A stretch of 62,125 nt of DNA, the filler included. It is 4 parts of 4 records of this genome, joined end to end, with 100 filler letters (N's around TTAATTAATTAA, not from the genome) between each part and the next. Parts side by side here need not be neighbours in the genome. Positions count along the whole stretch, not along the records: positions 1 to 22,892 come from SRR20825019_893; 3 more parts are not named here. One strand, 5' to 3'. The number at the start of each line of letters is the position of its first letter. Position 1 is the first letter of the stretch. The translations under genes were made by a program, and so were the position numbers. Below the pieces are notes generated by a model. The model was given only the letters and a program-made list of their open reading frames with translations, was not told the DNA's origin and ran no database searches. This document shows positions 10,914-21,851 of this stretch, piece by piece.

Positions 10914-12994
10914 ATATCGAGATGTAACCCAAGTTTTATTTTCCAATACGGCATTTTTTCTTCAAAATATTCAAAATAGGGTTTTAGTGTATCGGGGTTT
11001 TCTAGCGTTTCTGTTGCCGCTTTTATTTGCTGAATTTCTTCTGTAGAAATAAATTGTTTTATATTAAAATCAGTTCCTAATTCATGCATTTTTAAGAAGT
11101 GCCCGTAAACAGAATCTACGGAAAGTCCACGTGTTTCTGCAATTTCTTGAGGCGAAAGATTTTCTTCAATAAACATTTTATAACTACGCTCGTGGGAAGG
11201 CAATTTGGCTTCCAAACCATCCAAATGCCGGTTGATGACCTTTAGAAAATCAGCTCCATATTTTTCTAATTTAGTTTTTCCAACTCCTGAAATTTCGGCA
11301 AATTCTTCTTGATTTCGTGGTTTTTTGTGTTCCATATCTTCCAGAGCCGCGTCGCTAAAAACTATGTATGCAGGCATGTTTGCTTCTTGGGCTAATTTTG
11401 CCCGAAGGGTTTTTAGTTTCTCAAATAAATCGGCTCGTTTGCGTGAAGTTTTTTCAACTTTTAGTTGTTCAGTTTCCTGAACAATGTTGGCTAATCTTAC
11501 TTTTTTGCCTTCAAAAAGTACTTTTTTTGCCAAATTTGTGAGCAATAAGCGCCCATTTTCGTGAAAATGGATTTGTAAAATTCCTTGATTTAAAAGTTGA
11601 ATTGTATATTGTTGTAAATCGCGCCAAGCAATATCTTTTGCGGCTCCAAAAGTTTTAATATTTTGATACCCTTTATCAAAAACTTGTGCGTTTTGCGAGC
11701 CACGAAGTACGTCTAAAACCATTCCTAAGGCTTCTTGTTCTTTTAATCGTGCTACTACAGAACAAATTTTTTGGGCAATGAGTGTGCCGTCAAAATATTT
11801 AGGTGGCGATTTGCAGATATCGCAGTTGCCACAATCTTCAGTAATGTGTTCGCCAAAATAGCCGAGTAATACTTTTCTTCTGCAGCTTAATGCTTCAGAA
11901 AATTGCTGCATACGTTCCAATTTTGCTAATTGAAATTCTTTTGTTTCAGAATCTTCAGCAAATTTCCGAAGCATTATTACATCGGCAAAACTATAAAAAA
12001 GCAGGGTGTTTGCGGCTAAGCGATCTCTTCCGCTACGACCAATTTCTTGATAATATCCTTCAATATTTTTGGGCATATTGTAGTGGATAACCCAGCGCAC
12101 ATTACTTTTGTCTATCCCCATGCCAAAAGCAATGGTTGCAACAATAATTGGGGTGGTGTCATTTACAAAATCATCTTGAATAGCACTTCTCTTTTCAGCG
12201 GTAAGCCCTGCGTGATAGGCTTCGGCTTTATACCCTTTTGAAGTAAGTGTAGCCGCGAGTTTTTCAGTGCTTTTTCTACTTAAACAATAAATGATGCCAC
12301 TTTCTTTGTAATGGTTTTTAAGGAAATCAAGAATCTGTTTGTTTCGATTTTGTCCTGGACGGACATCCAGATACAAATTGGGTCTATCAAATGAGGCAAT
12401 AAAGGTTTTTGCGTTCGGAATTGCAAGTTGTGTAGCAATATCTTCACGTGTAGCGCGATCAGCAGTGGCAGTTAGTGCGATTAATGGAATTTTAGGAAAT
12501 TGCTCCCTTACACTTTTAAGTTGTGTATAGGCTGGTCGGAAATCGTGACCCCAGCTAGAAATACAGTGTGCTTCATCTATTGCAAAAAGGCTGATTTTAA
12601 TTGTGTTCAAAATAAAATGTAATTGCGGAAGGCTTTCTGGCGCCACATAAAGCAGTTTTAAATTTCCATTTTGTAAATCTTGTAAAACCTGTTGTTGTAT
12701 TTCTTGCGGCTGGGAGCTATTATAAAAATTTGCAGAAATTCCATTTGCTTTTAGCGCATCCACTTGATCTTTCATTAAAGCAATTAGTGGTGATATAACA
12801 ATAGCTGTACCTTCCAAAGCTAATGCGGGTAATTGGAAACACAATGATTTTCCTCCGCCAGTTGGCATAATGGCGATTGTATCTTTTTTATTTAAGAGGT
12901 TCTGAATTATTTCTTCTTGATTTGTAAGAAATTTTTCATAGCCAAAATGTGTTTTGAGTAGGTTTAATAGGTGTTGTTGTGTGTTTGTTTTCAT
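10910..12994 (-). CDS. recQ: ATP-dependent DNA helicase RecQ
   Basis: MPTGGGKSLC, DEAHC, WGHDFRP, QEIGRSGRD, Zn site CGNCDIC, RQC, HRDC and C-terminal HTH. Confidence 0.96.
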   Translation of the reverse strand: MKTNTQQHLLNLLKTHFGYEKFLTNQEEIIQNLLNKKDTIAIMPTGGGKSLCFQLPALALEGTAIVISPLIALMKDQVDALKANGISANFYNSSQPQEIQQQVLQDLQNGNLKLLYVAPESLPQLHFILNTIKISLFAIDEAHCISSWGHDFRPAYTQLKSVREQFPKIPLIALTATADRATREDIATQLAIPNAKTFIASFDRPNLYLDVRPGQNRNKQILDFLKNHYKESGIIYCLSRKSTEKLAATLTSKGYKAEAYHAGLTAEKRSAIQDDFVNDTTPIIVATIAFGMGIDKSNVRWVIHYNMPKNIEGYYQEIGRSGRDRLAANTLLFYSFADVIMLRKFAEDSETKEFQLAKLERMQQFSEALSCRRKVLLGYFGEHITEDCGNCDICKSPPKYFDGTLIAQKICSVVARLKEQEALGMVLDVLRGSQNAQVFDKGYQNIKTFGAAKDIAWRDLQQYTIQLLNQGILQIHFHENGRLLLTNLAKKVLFEGKKVRLANIVQETEQLKVEKTSRKRADLFEKLKTLRAKLAQEANMPAYIVFSDAALEDMEHKKPRNQEEFAEISGVGKTKLEKYGADFLKVINRHLDGLEAKLPSHERSYKMFIEENLSPQEIAETRGLSVDSVYGHFLKMHELGTDFNIKQFISTEEIQQIKAATETLENPDTLKPYFEYFEEKMPYWKIKLGLHLDI

Positions 12995-13021
12995 TTCGGT
13001 AAAAATAACGATTCAAACTTT

Positions 13022-13054
13022 AAAAAAATAGGTCCCCACCGAAGTAAGGACCTA
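13022..13054 (-). terminator. Intrinsic terminator of ssb
   Basis: Minus strand taggtccttac-ttcg-gtggggaccta followed by a T run. Confidence 0.8.
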
Positions 13055-13069
13055 ATTTACTAGCCTTTT

Positions 13070-13405
13070 TTATTTACTCCCCAGCATGACTAGTTCATTA
13101 CAAACAACCTCCGTAATATATTTTTTATTTCCTTCTTTATCTTCATAGGATCTTGAGGTAAGCTTTCCTTCAATAGCAATTTCTTTTCCTTTTGTAACAT
13201 AGCTTTCAACTATTTCTGCTGTTTTTCCCCAGGCTATAATATTATGCCACTGTGTGTCTGTAACCTTTTCTCCTTTTTGGTTTTTATAGGTTTCGTTCGT
13301 AGCAAGATTGAATTTTGCTAGTTTTTTACCCCCGTCTAGGGTGATGATTTCTGGGTCGTTTCCCAAGTTTCCAATCAACTGTACTTTGTTTCTAAGCGTG
13401 CTCAT
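13070..13405 (-). CDS. ssb: Single-stranded DNA-binding protein, short form without acidic tail
   Basis: NKVQLIGNLGNDPE, TQWHNI, IEGKL OB fold; 111 aa, no DDxPF tail. Confidence 0.93.
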   Translation of the reverse strand: MSTLRNKVQLIGNLGNDPEIITLDGGKKLAKFNLATNETYKNQKGEKVTDTQWHNIIAWGKTAEIVESYVTKGKEIAIEGKLTSRSYEDKEGNKKYITEVVCNELVMLGSK

Positions 13406-13664
13406 GTTTTCTAATTTTTAATGTTAAACAATTGATACTATCGCATTTCATTTAATCCGACAGGGCAAACTTATGGCGACCTCAAACTTTTATACGGTAG
13501 TTACTTGTTTACTTTCGTTTATAGTCGTTTGTAAACGTTTTCAAATGATTATTAAATCATAAATTATTAATTATCAACAGATTATGTTTTTCAATTTCTA
13601 TCTAATTTTCCGTAATTTAATCTGTCAGAAATAAACGTTTTATCATTCACATAAAATTAAATAT

Positions 13665-14246
13665 ATGAATAGTAGCAGATTGGAAGCTTTTAGCGATGGT
13701 GTACTTGCCATTATAATTACAATAATGGTTTTAGAAATGAAAGTTCCTCACGGAACAGATATGGAAGCATTAATGCCTTTATTGCCTGTGTTTTTAAGTT
13801 ATATATTAAGTTTTATATATATAGGTATTTACTGGAATAACCACCACCACATGATGCATACCGTTAAAAAAGTGAATGGAGGCATTTTATGGGCAAATCT
13901 TCATTTATTATTTTGGCTTTCCATGATTCCTTTTGCAACGGGATGGATGGGTGAAAATAATTTTGCAGAACTCCCAATGGCGCTTTATGGCGGTGTTCTT
14001 CTGATGGCAGCTATTGCCTATTTTATTTTACAAAATAGAATTTTAGCTGAACAAGGTAAAGACTCCCTATTATCGAAAGCCGTAGGAAAAGATTATAAAG
14101 GCAAGGCGTCTCCCATATTGTATATTTTAGGAATTATTTTAGCCTTTTTTATACCTTGGGTAGCTGCTGTATTATATGTTTTGGTTGCCTTTATGTGGTT
14201 GATCCCTGATAAAAGAATTGAAATTATTTTTAACGAAAAAGAATAA
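13665..14246 (+). CDS. TMEM175-family potassium channel
   Basis: RLEAFSDGVLAIIITIM and YWNNHH signatures. Confidence 0.92.
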   Translation: MNSSRLEAFSDGVLAIIITIMVLEMKVPHGTDMEALMPLLPVFLSYILSFIYIGIYWNNHHHMMHTVKKVNGGILWANLHLLFWLSMIPFATGWMGENNFAELPMALYGGVLLMAAIAYFILQNRILAEQGKDSLLSKAVGKDYKGKASPILYILGIILAFFIPWVAAVLYVLVAFMWLIPDKRIEIIFNEKE

Positions 14247-14708
14247 TTACCAGGTTTGACCTTTTAATTCCATTGCAGCGCGCAACACATCACTTTGGCT
14301 TATTTGTCCAGCTAGTTTTCCATTTTCTAATATTGGAAAACGTCTGTGTTTAGATTCCAAAAACTTAGTGGTTGCGTCAAGCACATTCATGTCGCCATCA
14401 ATAGTATCCACATTTTTTATCATGTGTTCTTCTACTTTTATGTCTTCCATTGGGTGGTTGTGATACCGAGAATCGCTGAGCTGTTTCATACAATCTCCTT
14501 CAGAAATAATCCCCACTAATTCATTATTCTCATTAACCACTGGGCCACCAGAAATTCGTTTCTTCAGGAGTATCTCCATTACTTCCAAAATAGATTGTTC
14601 TGGTCGGAATGTAACAAGATTTCGCGTCATATAATCAGACACTTTTATTTTTTCTGAATTCCCTTTTTTGGGCTTTGCCCTTCTGCCAATAAAACTTTTA
14701 ATTCCCAT
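14247..14708 (-). CDS. CBS-pair protein
   Basis: Two CBS repeats (ISGGPVV..LVGIISEGD; RRFPIL..LAGQISQSD); ATG 14708 preferred. Confidence 0.88.
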   Translation of the reverse strand: MGIKSFIGRRAKPKKGNSEKIKVSDYMTRNLVTFRPEQSILEVMEILLKKRISGGPVVNENNELVGIISEGDCMKQLSDSRYHNHPMEDIKVEEHMIKNVDTIDGDMNVLDATTKFLESKHRRFPILENGKLAGQISQSDVLRAAMELKGQTW

Positions 14709-14830
14709 AGTTTTAGTTTTTTGCGAACTTCTAAGATAATCAATTTTATGATATGGCTGAAATACCTCCCTCAAGAACAAATTATACTTTCGATTAATAT
14801 TGTATTTTTAACATTCTAAACTTCTCATCC

Positions 14831-17200
14831 ATGAAAAAAATTGGCACATTTTTATCTCTACTTATCATTATTGCTTTGGTCTTTTATAGTTTTTATGGGT
14901 TAATGCCGCATTATGAAGAAGGAGAAACAGTTGTCAGTACTGAATTTTCAGTTGATAAAGCATTACAACCGCTACAGGAAATTTCAAAAAAACCACATTA
15001 TTTAGGCTCTGAAGGGCATACAGAAGTTCGTGATTTTTTAATTGCAGAATTAAATAAATTAGGTCTTGAACCACAAACACAAAAAGGGTTTAGTCTTAAT
15101 AAAGAATCCAAAACGCTTAATAAACCCATAAATATTATTGCGCGCATTAAAGGTTCAGATACGGGAAAAGCATTGTTGTTACTTTCACATTATGACAGTG
15201 CCCTTGTGCCATCATTTGGAGCCAGTGATGCAGGAAGTGGTTTGGTTACAATTTTGGAAAGTATACGTGCATATTTGGCATCAGGTGAAAAACCTAAAAA
15301 CGATATTATCATTTTATTTTCTGATGCTGAAGAAATTGGGCTAGACGGAGCAAAACTTTTTGTTAATGAACATCCATGGGCAAATAATGTGGGTTTGGTG
15401 CTCAATTTTGAGGCACGAGGAAGCAGCGGCCCAAGCAATATGATTTTGGAAACCAATGGCGGAAATGCCAAGCTTGTAAAGGAATTTATTAAAGCAAATC
15501 CAGATTTTCCGGTTGCTTCGTCGCTGATGTATAGTGTTTATAAAATGCTTCCAAATGATACCGATTCTACAATTTTTAGAACAGATGGCGATATCGACAG
15601 TTTTTTCTTTGCCTTTATTGATAGTCATTTTAACTATCATACCGCGAATGATACTTTTGAAAATTTAAACCGAAATAGCCTTGCGCACCAAGGTAGTTAT
15701 CTGCTTCCACTAATCCATTATTTTGCTGATGCTGATCTTTCAAAATTGAAAGCAGAAACAGACGATGTATATGTAAACCTTCCTTTAGTAAAAATGTTAA
15801 GTTATCCGTTTTCATGGATTCTGCCAATGCTTATTTTTGCAACTATTCTTTTATTAATTTTACTTTTTTACGGTTATAATAAGCGAAAACTTAAACGAAA
15901 AGCAATGATTATGGGTTTTGCTCCTTTTTTGCTTTCCCTTGTTATTTGTGGAATTGTTGGTTTGTTTGGTTGGAAATTGATTTTAGCAGTATACCCACAA
16001 TATGCTGAAATTCAACAAGGATTTACCTATAATGGGCATTGGTATATTGCATTTTTTGTCTTCATTTCGTTGGCAATTACCTTTGCGATATATAAAAAAT
16101 TCACCAAAAAAGATAGCGAAGCTTCATTGTATGTTGCGCCATTATTCTTTTGGATTTTAATAAATGTTGTTGTTTTTATTGTTTTAAAAGGAGCCGCATT
16201 TTTTATAATTCCAGTGTTTTTTGGGCTTTTATCTTTTTGGATTATGCTTCGCCAAGAACGGCCAAATTTACTAGCCATGTCACTTTTGGCAGCGCCAGCA
16301 ATTTTTATTTTTGCGCCACTTATTCAATTTTTCCCCGTTGGTTTGGGACTGAAAATGTTGGTAATAAGTTGTGTATTTACTGTTTTACTTTTTGGCTTGC
16401 TTTGGCCTATTTTCGCTTTTTATAAATTGAAGAAATTCCTTTCTGTAGGATGTTTAATATGTGCTGTTTTCTTTTTTGTAAAAGCGCATTCAAAAAGTGA
16501 TTTTTCTGAAGAACGTAAAAAACCAAATAGCTTAGTTTATTATAAAGACGCTGATGCAGACAAAACATATTGGTTAACCTACGATAAAGAAATTGATGAA
16601 TGGACACAGCTTTATCTAGGTGAAACTCCTAAAAACGCTTCTGAAGTTTTAAGTGATGCTTCCTATAATAAATACGGAACTCCATATAGTTATGCTGCGG
16701 AAGCTCCTAAAAAAAACATTCCTAATTTTGATGTAATTTTAAAAAAAGACACCCTTATTGAGAATTTGAGGAACGTTAACTTTATTATTATCCCAAAACG
16801 AAAGGTAAATAAAATTGACTTGTATAGTACTGAATATTATCTGTTTAAATCGTTGGAGTTTAACGGTCAAGAAGCTTCACTTTATAAAAAAGGAAAAATG
16901 TATCGAGGCACTAAAAATGATGCAATTATCAATTATTATGTTTCTGGAAATGATTCCTTAAAGGTGAGTTTTTCAATTGAAAAAGACATTCCTGTTTCCT
17001 TTAAAGTAATGGAATATGCTTTCAATTTAATGACAGATGCACAATTTAAGATTGAAGAACGCCCTAATTATACGATGCCGAAACCTTTTGTAATTACTGA
17101 TGCCGTTGCTGTAAAACGAACTTTTTCAATAGATAGTTTAAAAATTAAAACGGGTGATTCACTAAAAAATAATTCTTTTATAAATTTAAATAATGAATAA
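14831..17200 (+). CDS. Membrane M28 metallopeptidase (ERMP1-like)
   Basis: SHYDS, GASDAGSG, DAEEIGLDGA, NFEARG, YHT motifs plus multi-TM region. Confidence 0.9.
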   Translation: MKKIGTFLSLLIIIALVFYSFYGLMPHYEEGETVVSTEFSVDKALQPLQEISKKPHYLGSEGHTEVRDFLIAELNKLGLEPQTQKGFSLNKESKTLNKPINIIARIKGSDTGKALLLLSHYDSALVPSFGASDAGSGLVTILESIRAYLASGEKPKNDIIILFSDAEEIGLDGAKLFVNEHPWANNVGLVLNFEARGSSGPSNMILETNGGNAKLVKEFIKANPDFPVASSLMYSVYKMLPNDTDSTIFRTDGDIDSFFFAFIDSHFNYHTANDTFENLNRNSLAHQGSYLLPLIHYFADADLSKLKAETDDVYVNLPLVKMLSYPFSWILPMLIFATILLLILLFYGYNKRKLKRKAMIMGFAPFLLSLVICGIVGLFGWKLILAVYPQYAEIQQGFTYNGHWYIAFFVFISLAITFAIYKKFTKKDSEASLYVAPLFFWILINVVVFIVLKGAAFFIIPVFFGLLSFWIMLRQERPNLLAMSLLAAPAIFIFAPLIQFFPVGLGLKMLVISCVFTVLLFGLLWPIFAFYKLKKFLSVGCLICAVFFFVKAHSKSDFSEERKKPNSLVYYKDADADKTYWLTYDKEIDEWTQLYLGETPKNASEVLSDASYNKYGTPYSYAAEAPKKNIPNFDVILKKDTLIENLRNVNFIIIPKRKVNKIDLYSTEYYLFKSLEFNGQEASLYKKGKMYRGTKNDAIINYYVSGNDSLKVSFSIEKDIPVSFKVMEYAFNLMTDAQFKIEERPNYTMPKPFVITDAVAVKRTFSIDSLKIKTGDSLKNNSFINLNNE

Positions 17201-17996
17201 AACCGTAGCTATTGCTGGTCTTGGATGGCTAGGACAACCCTTGGCTTACCATTTGGCAACTTTAGGATATTCCGTAAAAGGCTCCGTTACAAGTGTAGAA
17301 AAGGCAACCTTATTACAGAAAAATGGCTTTGAAGCATATTGTGTTGAGTTTTCAGAAGCTGGAATTGATGGTGAAATAAATGCGTTGCTTAATAATTTAG
17401 AATATTTAATTATAATGATTCCTCCGGGATTGCGTAAAAATACAGGAGCCGATTATGTATTAAAAATGACTCATTTTCTTGAAGCGATAAAGAAGGCTTC
17501 TGTAAAAAAAGTAGTTTTGGTAAGCAGCACTTCAGTTTATGATGATGCGCAAGGAAGGGTAACCGAAAAAGATACGCCAAAACCAAACACGATTGCAGGA
17601 AAACAGTTGCGACACGTGGAACAACTTTTTAGTAATTCGGATGAGTTTCAAACTACGATAGTCCGTTTTGGCGGGTTGCTTGGCGGGAGTCGTCAGCCAG
17701 TAAAATATTTGGCAGGACGTAAGGATTTGGCAGATGGCAATGCGCCTGTAAATATAATTGATAGAAAAGATTGTATTAAGATTCTTGTTGAGGTTTTAAA
17801 AAAAGATGCCTTCGGTACTGTTTTTAATGCCGTAAACCCAAACCACCCTAAAAAGGCTGATTATTATATTCAGAAAGCGATAGCGCTTGGCTTAGAGCCC
17901 CCTACATTTGCAGCAACTTCTGAAGAAATATTTAAAGAAGTAGATTCAGAAAACTTAACTGCTATTTTGAATTATACTTTTCAGTATCCTATATAA
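17193..17996 (+). CDS. Atypical SDR, NAD(P)-binding (YeeZ-like)
   Basis: IAGLGWLG Rossmann motif, SSTSVY, RFGGL. Confidence 0.82.
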   Translation: MNKTVAIAGLGWLGQPLAYHLATLGYSVKGSVTSVEKATLLQKNGFEAYCVEFSEAGIDGEINALLNNLEYLIIMIPPGLRKNTGADYVLKMTHFLEAIKKASVKKVVLVSSTSVYDDAQGRVTEKDTPKPNTIAGKQLRHVEQLFSNSDEFQTTIVRFGGLLGGSRQPVKYLAGRKDLADGNAPVNIIDRKDCIKILVEVLKKDAFGTVFNAVNPNHPKKADYYIQKAIALGLEPPTFAATSEEIFKEVDSENLTAILNYTFQYPI

Positions 17997-17997
17997 A

Positions 17998-18023
17998 AAA
18001 AGGAGCTTTTTACAGCTCCTTTT
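17998..18023. terminator. Bidirectional terminator
   Basis: aaaaggagct-ttttac-agctcctttt between convergent genes. Confidence 0.8.
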
Positions 18024-18043
18024 CCTAATATAAATATTTAAAA

Positions 18044-20110
18044 TTACCAGATACGAACTCTGTTTTCAGGAGCAACGTACATTGGGTCTCCTTCTTTAAT
18101 ATCGAAAGCTTCAAAGAAAGCATCAACATTTACCAAAGGTTGTGTAGCACGAACTTTACCTGGAGAGTGTGGGTCAGTTTTTACTTGGTTTGTAATATAC
18201 TCGTCACGAGATTTAGTACGCCAAACGGTAGCCCAGCTCATAAAGAAACGTTGTTCAGGTGTGAATCCATCAATATTGTCTGGTCTTCCGTTTTCTTTGT
18301 AGAAACGCTGTAAACCATCATAAGCACCTAGAACACCACCAAGGTCACCAATGTTTTCACCTAATGTGAATTTTCCGTTTATAAAAACACTGTCTAAAAC
18401 CTCCACACTGCTGTATTGCTCAGCAAGTTTATTACCGCGTTCAGTAAAGTTTACTAGGTCTGTTTCTGTCCACCAGTTTACGAGGTTTCCATTAGCATCA
18501 AAACGAGAGCCACTATCGTCAAAAGCATGCGAAATTTCGTGACCGATTACTGCGCCCATTCCACCGTAATTTACAGCTTCATCAGCCTTATAATCATAAA
18601 ATGGGGGTTGAAGAATTGCTGCAGGGAAAACAATTTCATTATTGAAAGGGTTAAAGTAAGCATTTACGGTTTGTGGGCTCATTCCCCATTCTGAACGGTC
18701 TACTGGCTCATCAATTTTAGCTAGGTTGTCAATAAAATTGTAAGTTTGAACAGCAATCATATTGTCATAAAAAGTATTCCCTGGTTTTACATCCATTGAA
18801 GAATAGTCTTTCCATTTGTCTGGGTAACCAACTTTTACTGTAAATTTATTTAGTTTTTCAATAGCTTTTATTTTAGTGCTATCACTCATCCAATCTAATG
18901 CGTTGATACGATCTTTGTATGCTGCAATTACATTCGCTATCATTGCTTCAGCTTTTGTTTTTGCTTCTGGCGGGAACATTTCATCAACATAAAGTTTACC
19001 CAAAGCTTCACCTACACTTCCATTTACTGTTGCAAGAGCACGTTCATTAGCTGGTTTTTGTTTTTTTGAACCTTTAAGTGTGTTTTCATAAAAATCCCAG
19101 TTTGCTTTATCAATAGCAGTAGTAAGCATACCTGTTGCATTGTTTAATGTAGACCAACGCATTACAGTTTTCCATGTTTCTAAGTCAGGTTTAGCAAACA
19201 TTTGGTTTAATGTTTCCATGTAAGTTGGTTGCATAACGATAACGGTATCCATTTTTTTGGTTACCCCCATATCTTTAAAAACCTGTTCCCACTTAATTTG
19301 TGGTAGCATTTTTTGAAGTTCTGCAACCGAACGTGGATTGTTGAAATTTCTAAAATCACGGCTTGCAACTTTATCTAATCTTGGTGTAGCAAGTTTTGTT
19401 TCGAAAGCTAAAATAGTAGTTGCTTGTTCGCGAGCAGCTTCTTCAGTATCTCCTAAAAATTGAAGCATTCTAGTGATATGATCCACATACTGCTGACGGA
19501 TTTTTACAGAAGCAGGGTCTGTATTTGTGTAAAAATCACGATCTGGAAGTCCTAAGCCACCTGGTGTAATATAAGCCGAGTTCATAGCACTGTTACTCGG
19601 GTTTGAAAATGCAGCAAGCCCTAAAAATGGTTGTGAAACTGCAACAGCTTCTTCAGCCATTAATTTTTGAAAATCTGCAATACTATTTATTGCTGCAATT
19701 TTATCAAGAATTGGTTTTATTGGTTCAATGCCAGCTTTATCACGAGCTATGGTATCCAATTTAGATTCAAAAATCATCAATGCTTTTGCTTGGTCAGTTT
19801 CTGGAGCATATTTTCCTCCTTCTTTTGCTTTCGCTAATATGTTTAGCACATCTGCATCTGTTTTTTTTCTTAAAATGGTAAAACCACCCCAATTAGTTTG
19901 ATCGTCTGGAATTTCATTGTTTTTCATCCAATTTCCATTCACATAATTGTAGAAATCAACTTTTGGGCTTACGGTTGTATCCATATTCTCCAAAATAATT
20001 CCATGAGGTTCATTATCTGCATGTGCCACTTCCGTTTTCTCTTTACAAGCGGTAACAGCAGCTGCAACGAATGCAAAGGCCAACACAGGTTTTAAAAATT
20101 TAGTTTTCAT
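18044..20110 (-). CDS. M13 family metalloendopeptidase (PepO-like) lipoprotein
   Basis: Lipobox VTAC, VNAYF, HEISH, GENIGD, DPHSP. Confidence 0.95.
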   Translation of the reverse strand: MKTKFLKPVLAFAFVAAAVTACKEKTEVAHADNEPHGIILENMDTTVSPKVDFYNYVNGNWMKNNEIPDDQTNWGGFTILRKKTDADVLNILAKAKEGGKYAPETDQAKALMIFESKLDTIARDKAGIEPIKPILDKIAAINSIADFQKLMAEEAVAVSQPFLGLAAFSNPSNSAMNSAYITPGGLGLPDRDFYTNTDPASVKIRQQYVDHITRMLQFLGDTEEAAREQATTILAFETKLATPRLDKVASRDFRNFNNPRSVAELQKMLPQIKWEQVFKDMGVTKKMDTVIVMQPTYMETLNQMFAKPDLETWKTVMRWSTLNNATGMLTTAIDKANWDFYENTLKGSKKQKPANERALATVNGSVGEALGKLYVDEMFPPEAKTKAEAMIANVIAAYKDRINALDWMSDSTKIKAIEKLNKFTVKVGYPDKWKDYSSMDVKPGNTFYDNMIAVQTYNFIDNLAKIDEPVDRSEWGMSPQTVNAYFNPFNNEIVFPAAILQPPFYDYKADEAVNYGGMGAVIGHEISHAFDDSGSRFDANGNLVNWWTETDLVNFTERGNKLAEQYSSVEVLDSVFINGKFTLGENIGDLGGVLGAYDGLQRFYKENGRPDNIDGFTPEQRFFMSWATVWRTKSRDEYITNQVKTDPHSPGKVRATQPLVNVDAFFEAFDIKEGDPMYVAPENRVRIW

Positions 20111-20191
20111 TTTATAATTTGTTTAAGGTGATTAAAATTTGGTATAGTATTAAGGTATAAGTTGCTTATTGAATGCGTTTGTTACATTTTT

Positions 20192-20770
20192 TTATTTTTT
20201 TTGATCCTGTAATTCTAAATTTAAAATTGAATCTTTAAAATGTTTTTGTTTTTTTAATTCATTTTCTTCATCTTCTTTTCTTTGAAAATCAATAAAATCC
20301 TTTTGAAACTTTTCATTCAAATGAATTATTAAATGAGTGAAGGCACTATTTAGCTCTTCCACAGAATTTTGAATAGCTGTTGAGTCTATATAAGATTGAT
20401 GTGATGCTTGAAACAATAATTCTGTTCTAGTTTTTAACACTAATAATCTGCTAAATATAGGTTTGGTGTTAAGCGTATCAGGAATATTTTTAAAAAGAGA
20501 GTCAGCGTATTCTTTTAAAAGTTCAGACTCATTTCGGATGTTTTGATACGTACTCCCATTTATCGTTTTTGCAGTTGATAAAAAATCTTCTAACACACCC
20601 CAATGTAATGCTTGCTCTTTTGCAGGTGCAGAAAGTTGTGGAAATGTAAAATCTGGAGTGCCAAAAACAATCGAAGTATCGTTAGTAGGAGTTTGACTTT
20701 GATGCTCTTCGGAATTTCCACAAGAAATAACGAAGCTGATACAGATAAAAACAGGAATTAAAAACTTCAT
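20192..20770 (-). CDS. Hypothetical lipoprotein
   Basis: MKFLIPVFICISFVISC signal/lipobox from ATG 20770; no family recognised. Confidence 0.7.
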   Translation of the reverse strand: MKFLIPVFICISFVISCGNSEEHQSQTPTNDTSIVFGTPDFTFPQLSAPAKEQALHWGVLEDFLSTAKTINGSTYQNIRNESELLKEYADSLFKNIPDTLNTKPIFSRLLVLKTRTELLFQASHQSYIDSTAIQNSVEELNSAFTHLIIHLNEKFQKDFIDFQRKEDEENELKKQKHFKDSILNLELQDQKK

Positions 20771-20885
20771 AAAAAACTTAAGAATGACAAATATACTGGT
20801 TATTAACCAAATGGCGAATAAATATTTTAAGTGCTCAAAAATGGGATTATCCGTATCTTTACAGTTCATTTTTTAAAACCAAAAC

Positions 20886-21833
20886 ATGAAAAAGCGAATA
20901 CTGATCATTGGAGCTTGTGGACAAATAGGAACAGAGTTAACAATGTATCTTCGAGATAAATTTGGAAACCATAAAGTAATTGCAAGTGATATTCGAGAAG
21001 GCGACGATGAACTTATGGAAAGTGGTCCTTTTGAAATTTTAGATGCAATGGACTACAATGCAATTGAAGAAATAGTAATTCGCCATGAAATTTCTGACGT
21101 TTATTTAATGGCAGCAATGCTTTCTGCCACTGCAGAAAAATTTCCAATGAAAGGATGGAATCTTAATATGGACTCTCTATTTCATGTTTTGAACTTAGCA
21201 AAAGAAAAAAAGATTGAAAAAATATTTTGGCCTTCCAGTATTGCAGTATTTGGGCCCTCTACACCCAAACAAAACACACCGCAACATACTATTATGGAGC
21301 CAAGTACGGTTTATGGCATTAGCAAACAAACCGGTGAGCGTTGGTGCGAATATTACTTTAATCGCTATGGTGTAGACGTTCGGAGTATTCGTTATCCGGG
21401 TTTAATAAGCTATAAAACGTTACCAGGAGGAGGAACCACAGATTATGCTATTGACATCTATCATAAAGCAATAAAACATGAAAAATATACCTGCTTTTTA
21501 AACTCTGAAACTACTTTGCCAATGATGTTTATGGATGATGCCATTAAGGCTACAGTAAATATTATGGAAGCTGATAGTGAAAAAATTAAAATTCGAAGTG
21601 CATATAATTTGGCTGCAATGAGTTTTAATCCTGAAGAAATGTCGGCGAGTATCCAAAAGCACATTCCACAATTTAAAATTAATTATGAACCAGATTTCAG
21701 ACAAAAAATTGCTGATAGCTGGCCACAAAGTATAGATGACGCTCAAGCCCGAAAAGATTGGGGTTGGGAAAGCAAAATTTCTTTAGATGAAATGACTGAA
21801 ATTATGCTTCGCAATTTAATAGAAAAATATTAG
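20886..21833 (+). CDS. SDR-type L-threonine 3-dehydrogenase
   Basis: GACGQIG, PSSIAVFG, YGISK, PGGGTTDYA, RQKIADSWP motifs. Confidence 0.9.
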   Translation: MKKRILIIGACGQIGTELTMYLRDKFGNHKVIASDIREGDDELMESGPFEILDAMDYNAIEEIVIRHEISDVYLMAAMLSATAEKFPMKGWNLNMDSLFHVLNLAKEKKIEKIFWPSSIAVFGPSTPKQNTPQHTIMEPSTVYGISKQTGERWCEYYFNRYGVDVRSIRYPGLISYKTLPGGGTTDYAIDIYHKAIKHEKYTCFLNSETTLPMMFMDDAIKATVNIMEADSEKIKIRSAYNLAAMSFNPEEMSASIQKHIPQFKINYEPDFRQKIADSWPQSIDDAQARKDWGWESKISLDEMTEIMLRNLIEKY

Positions 21834-21851
21834 TAGCTTTTTCATGAAAAA

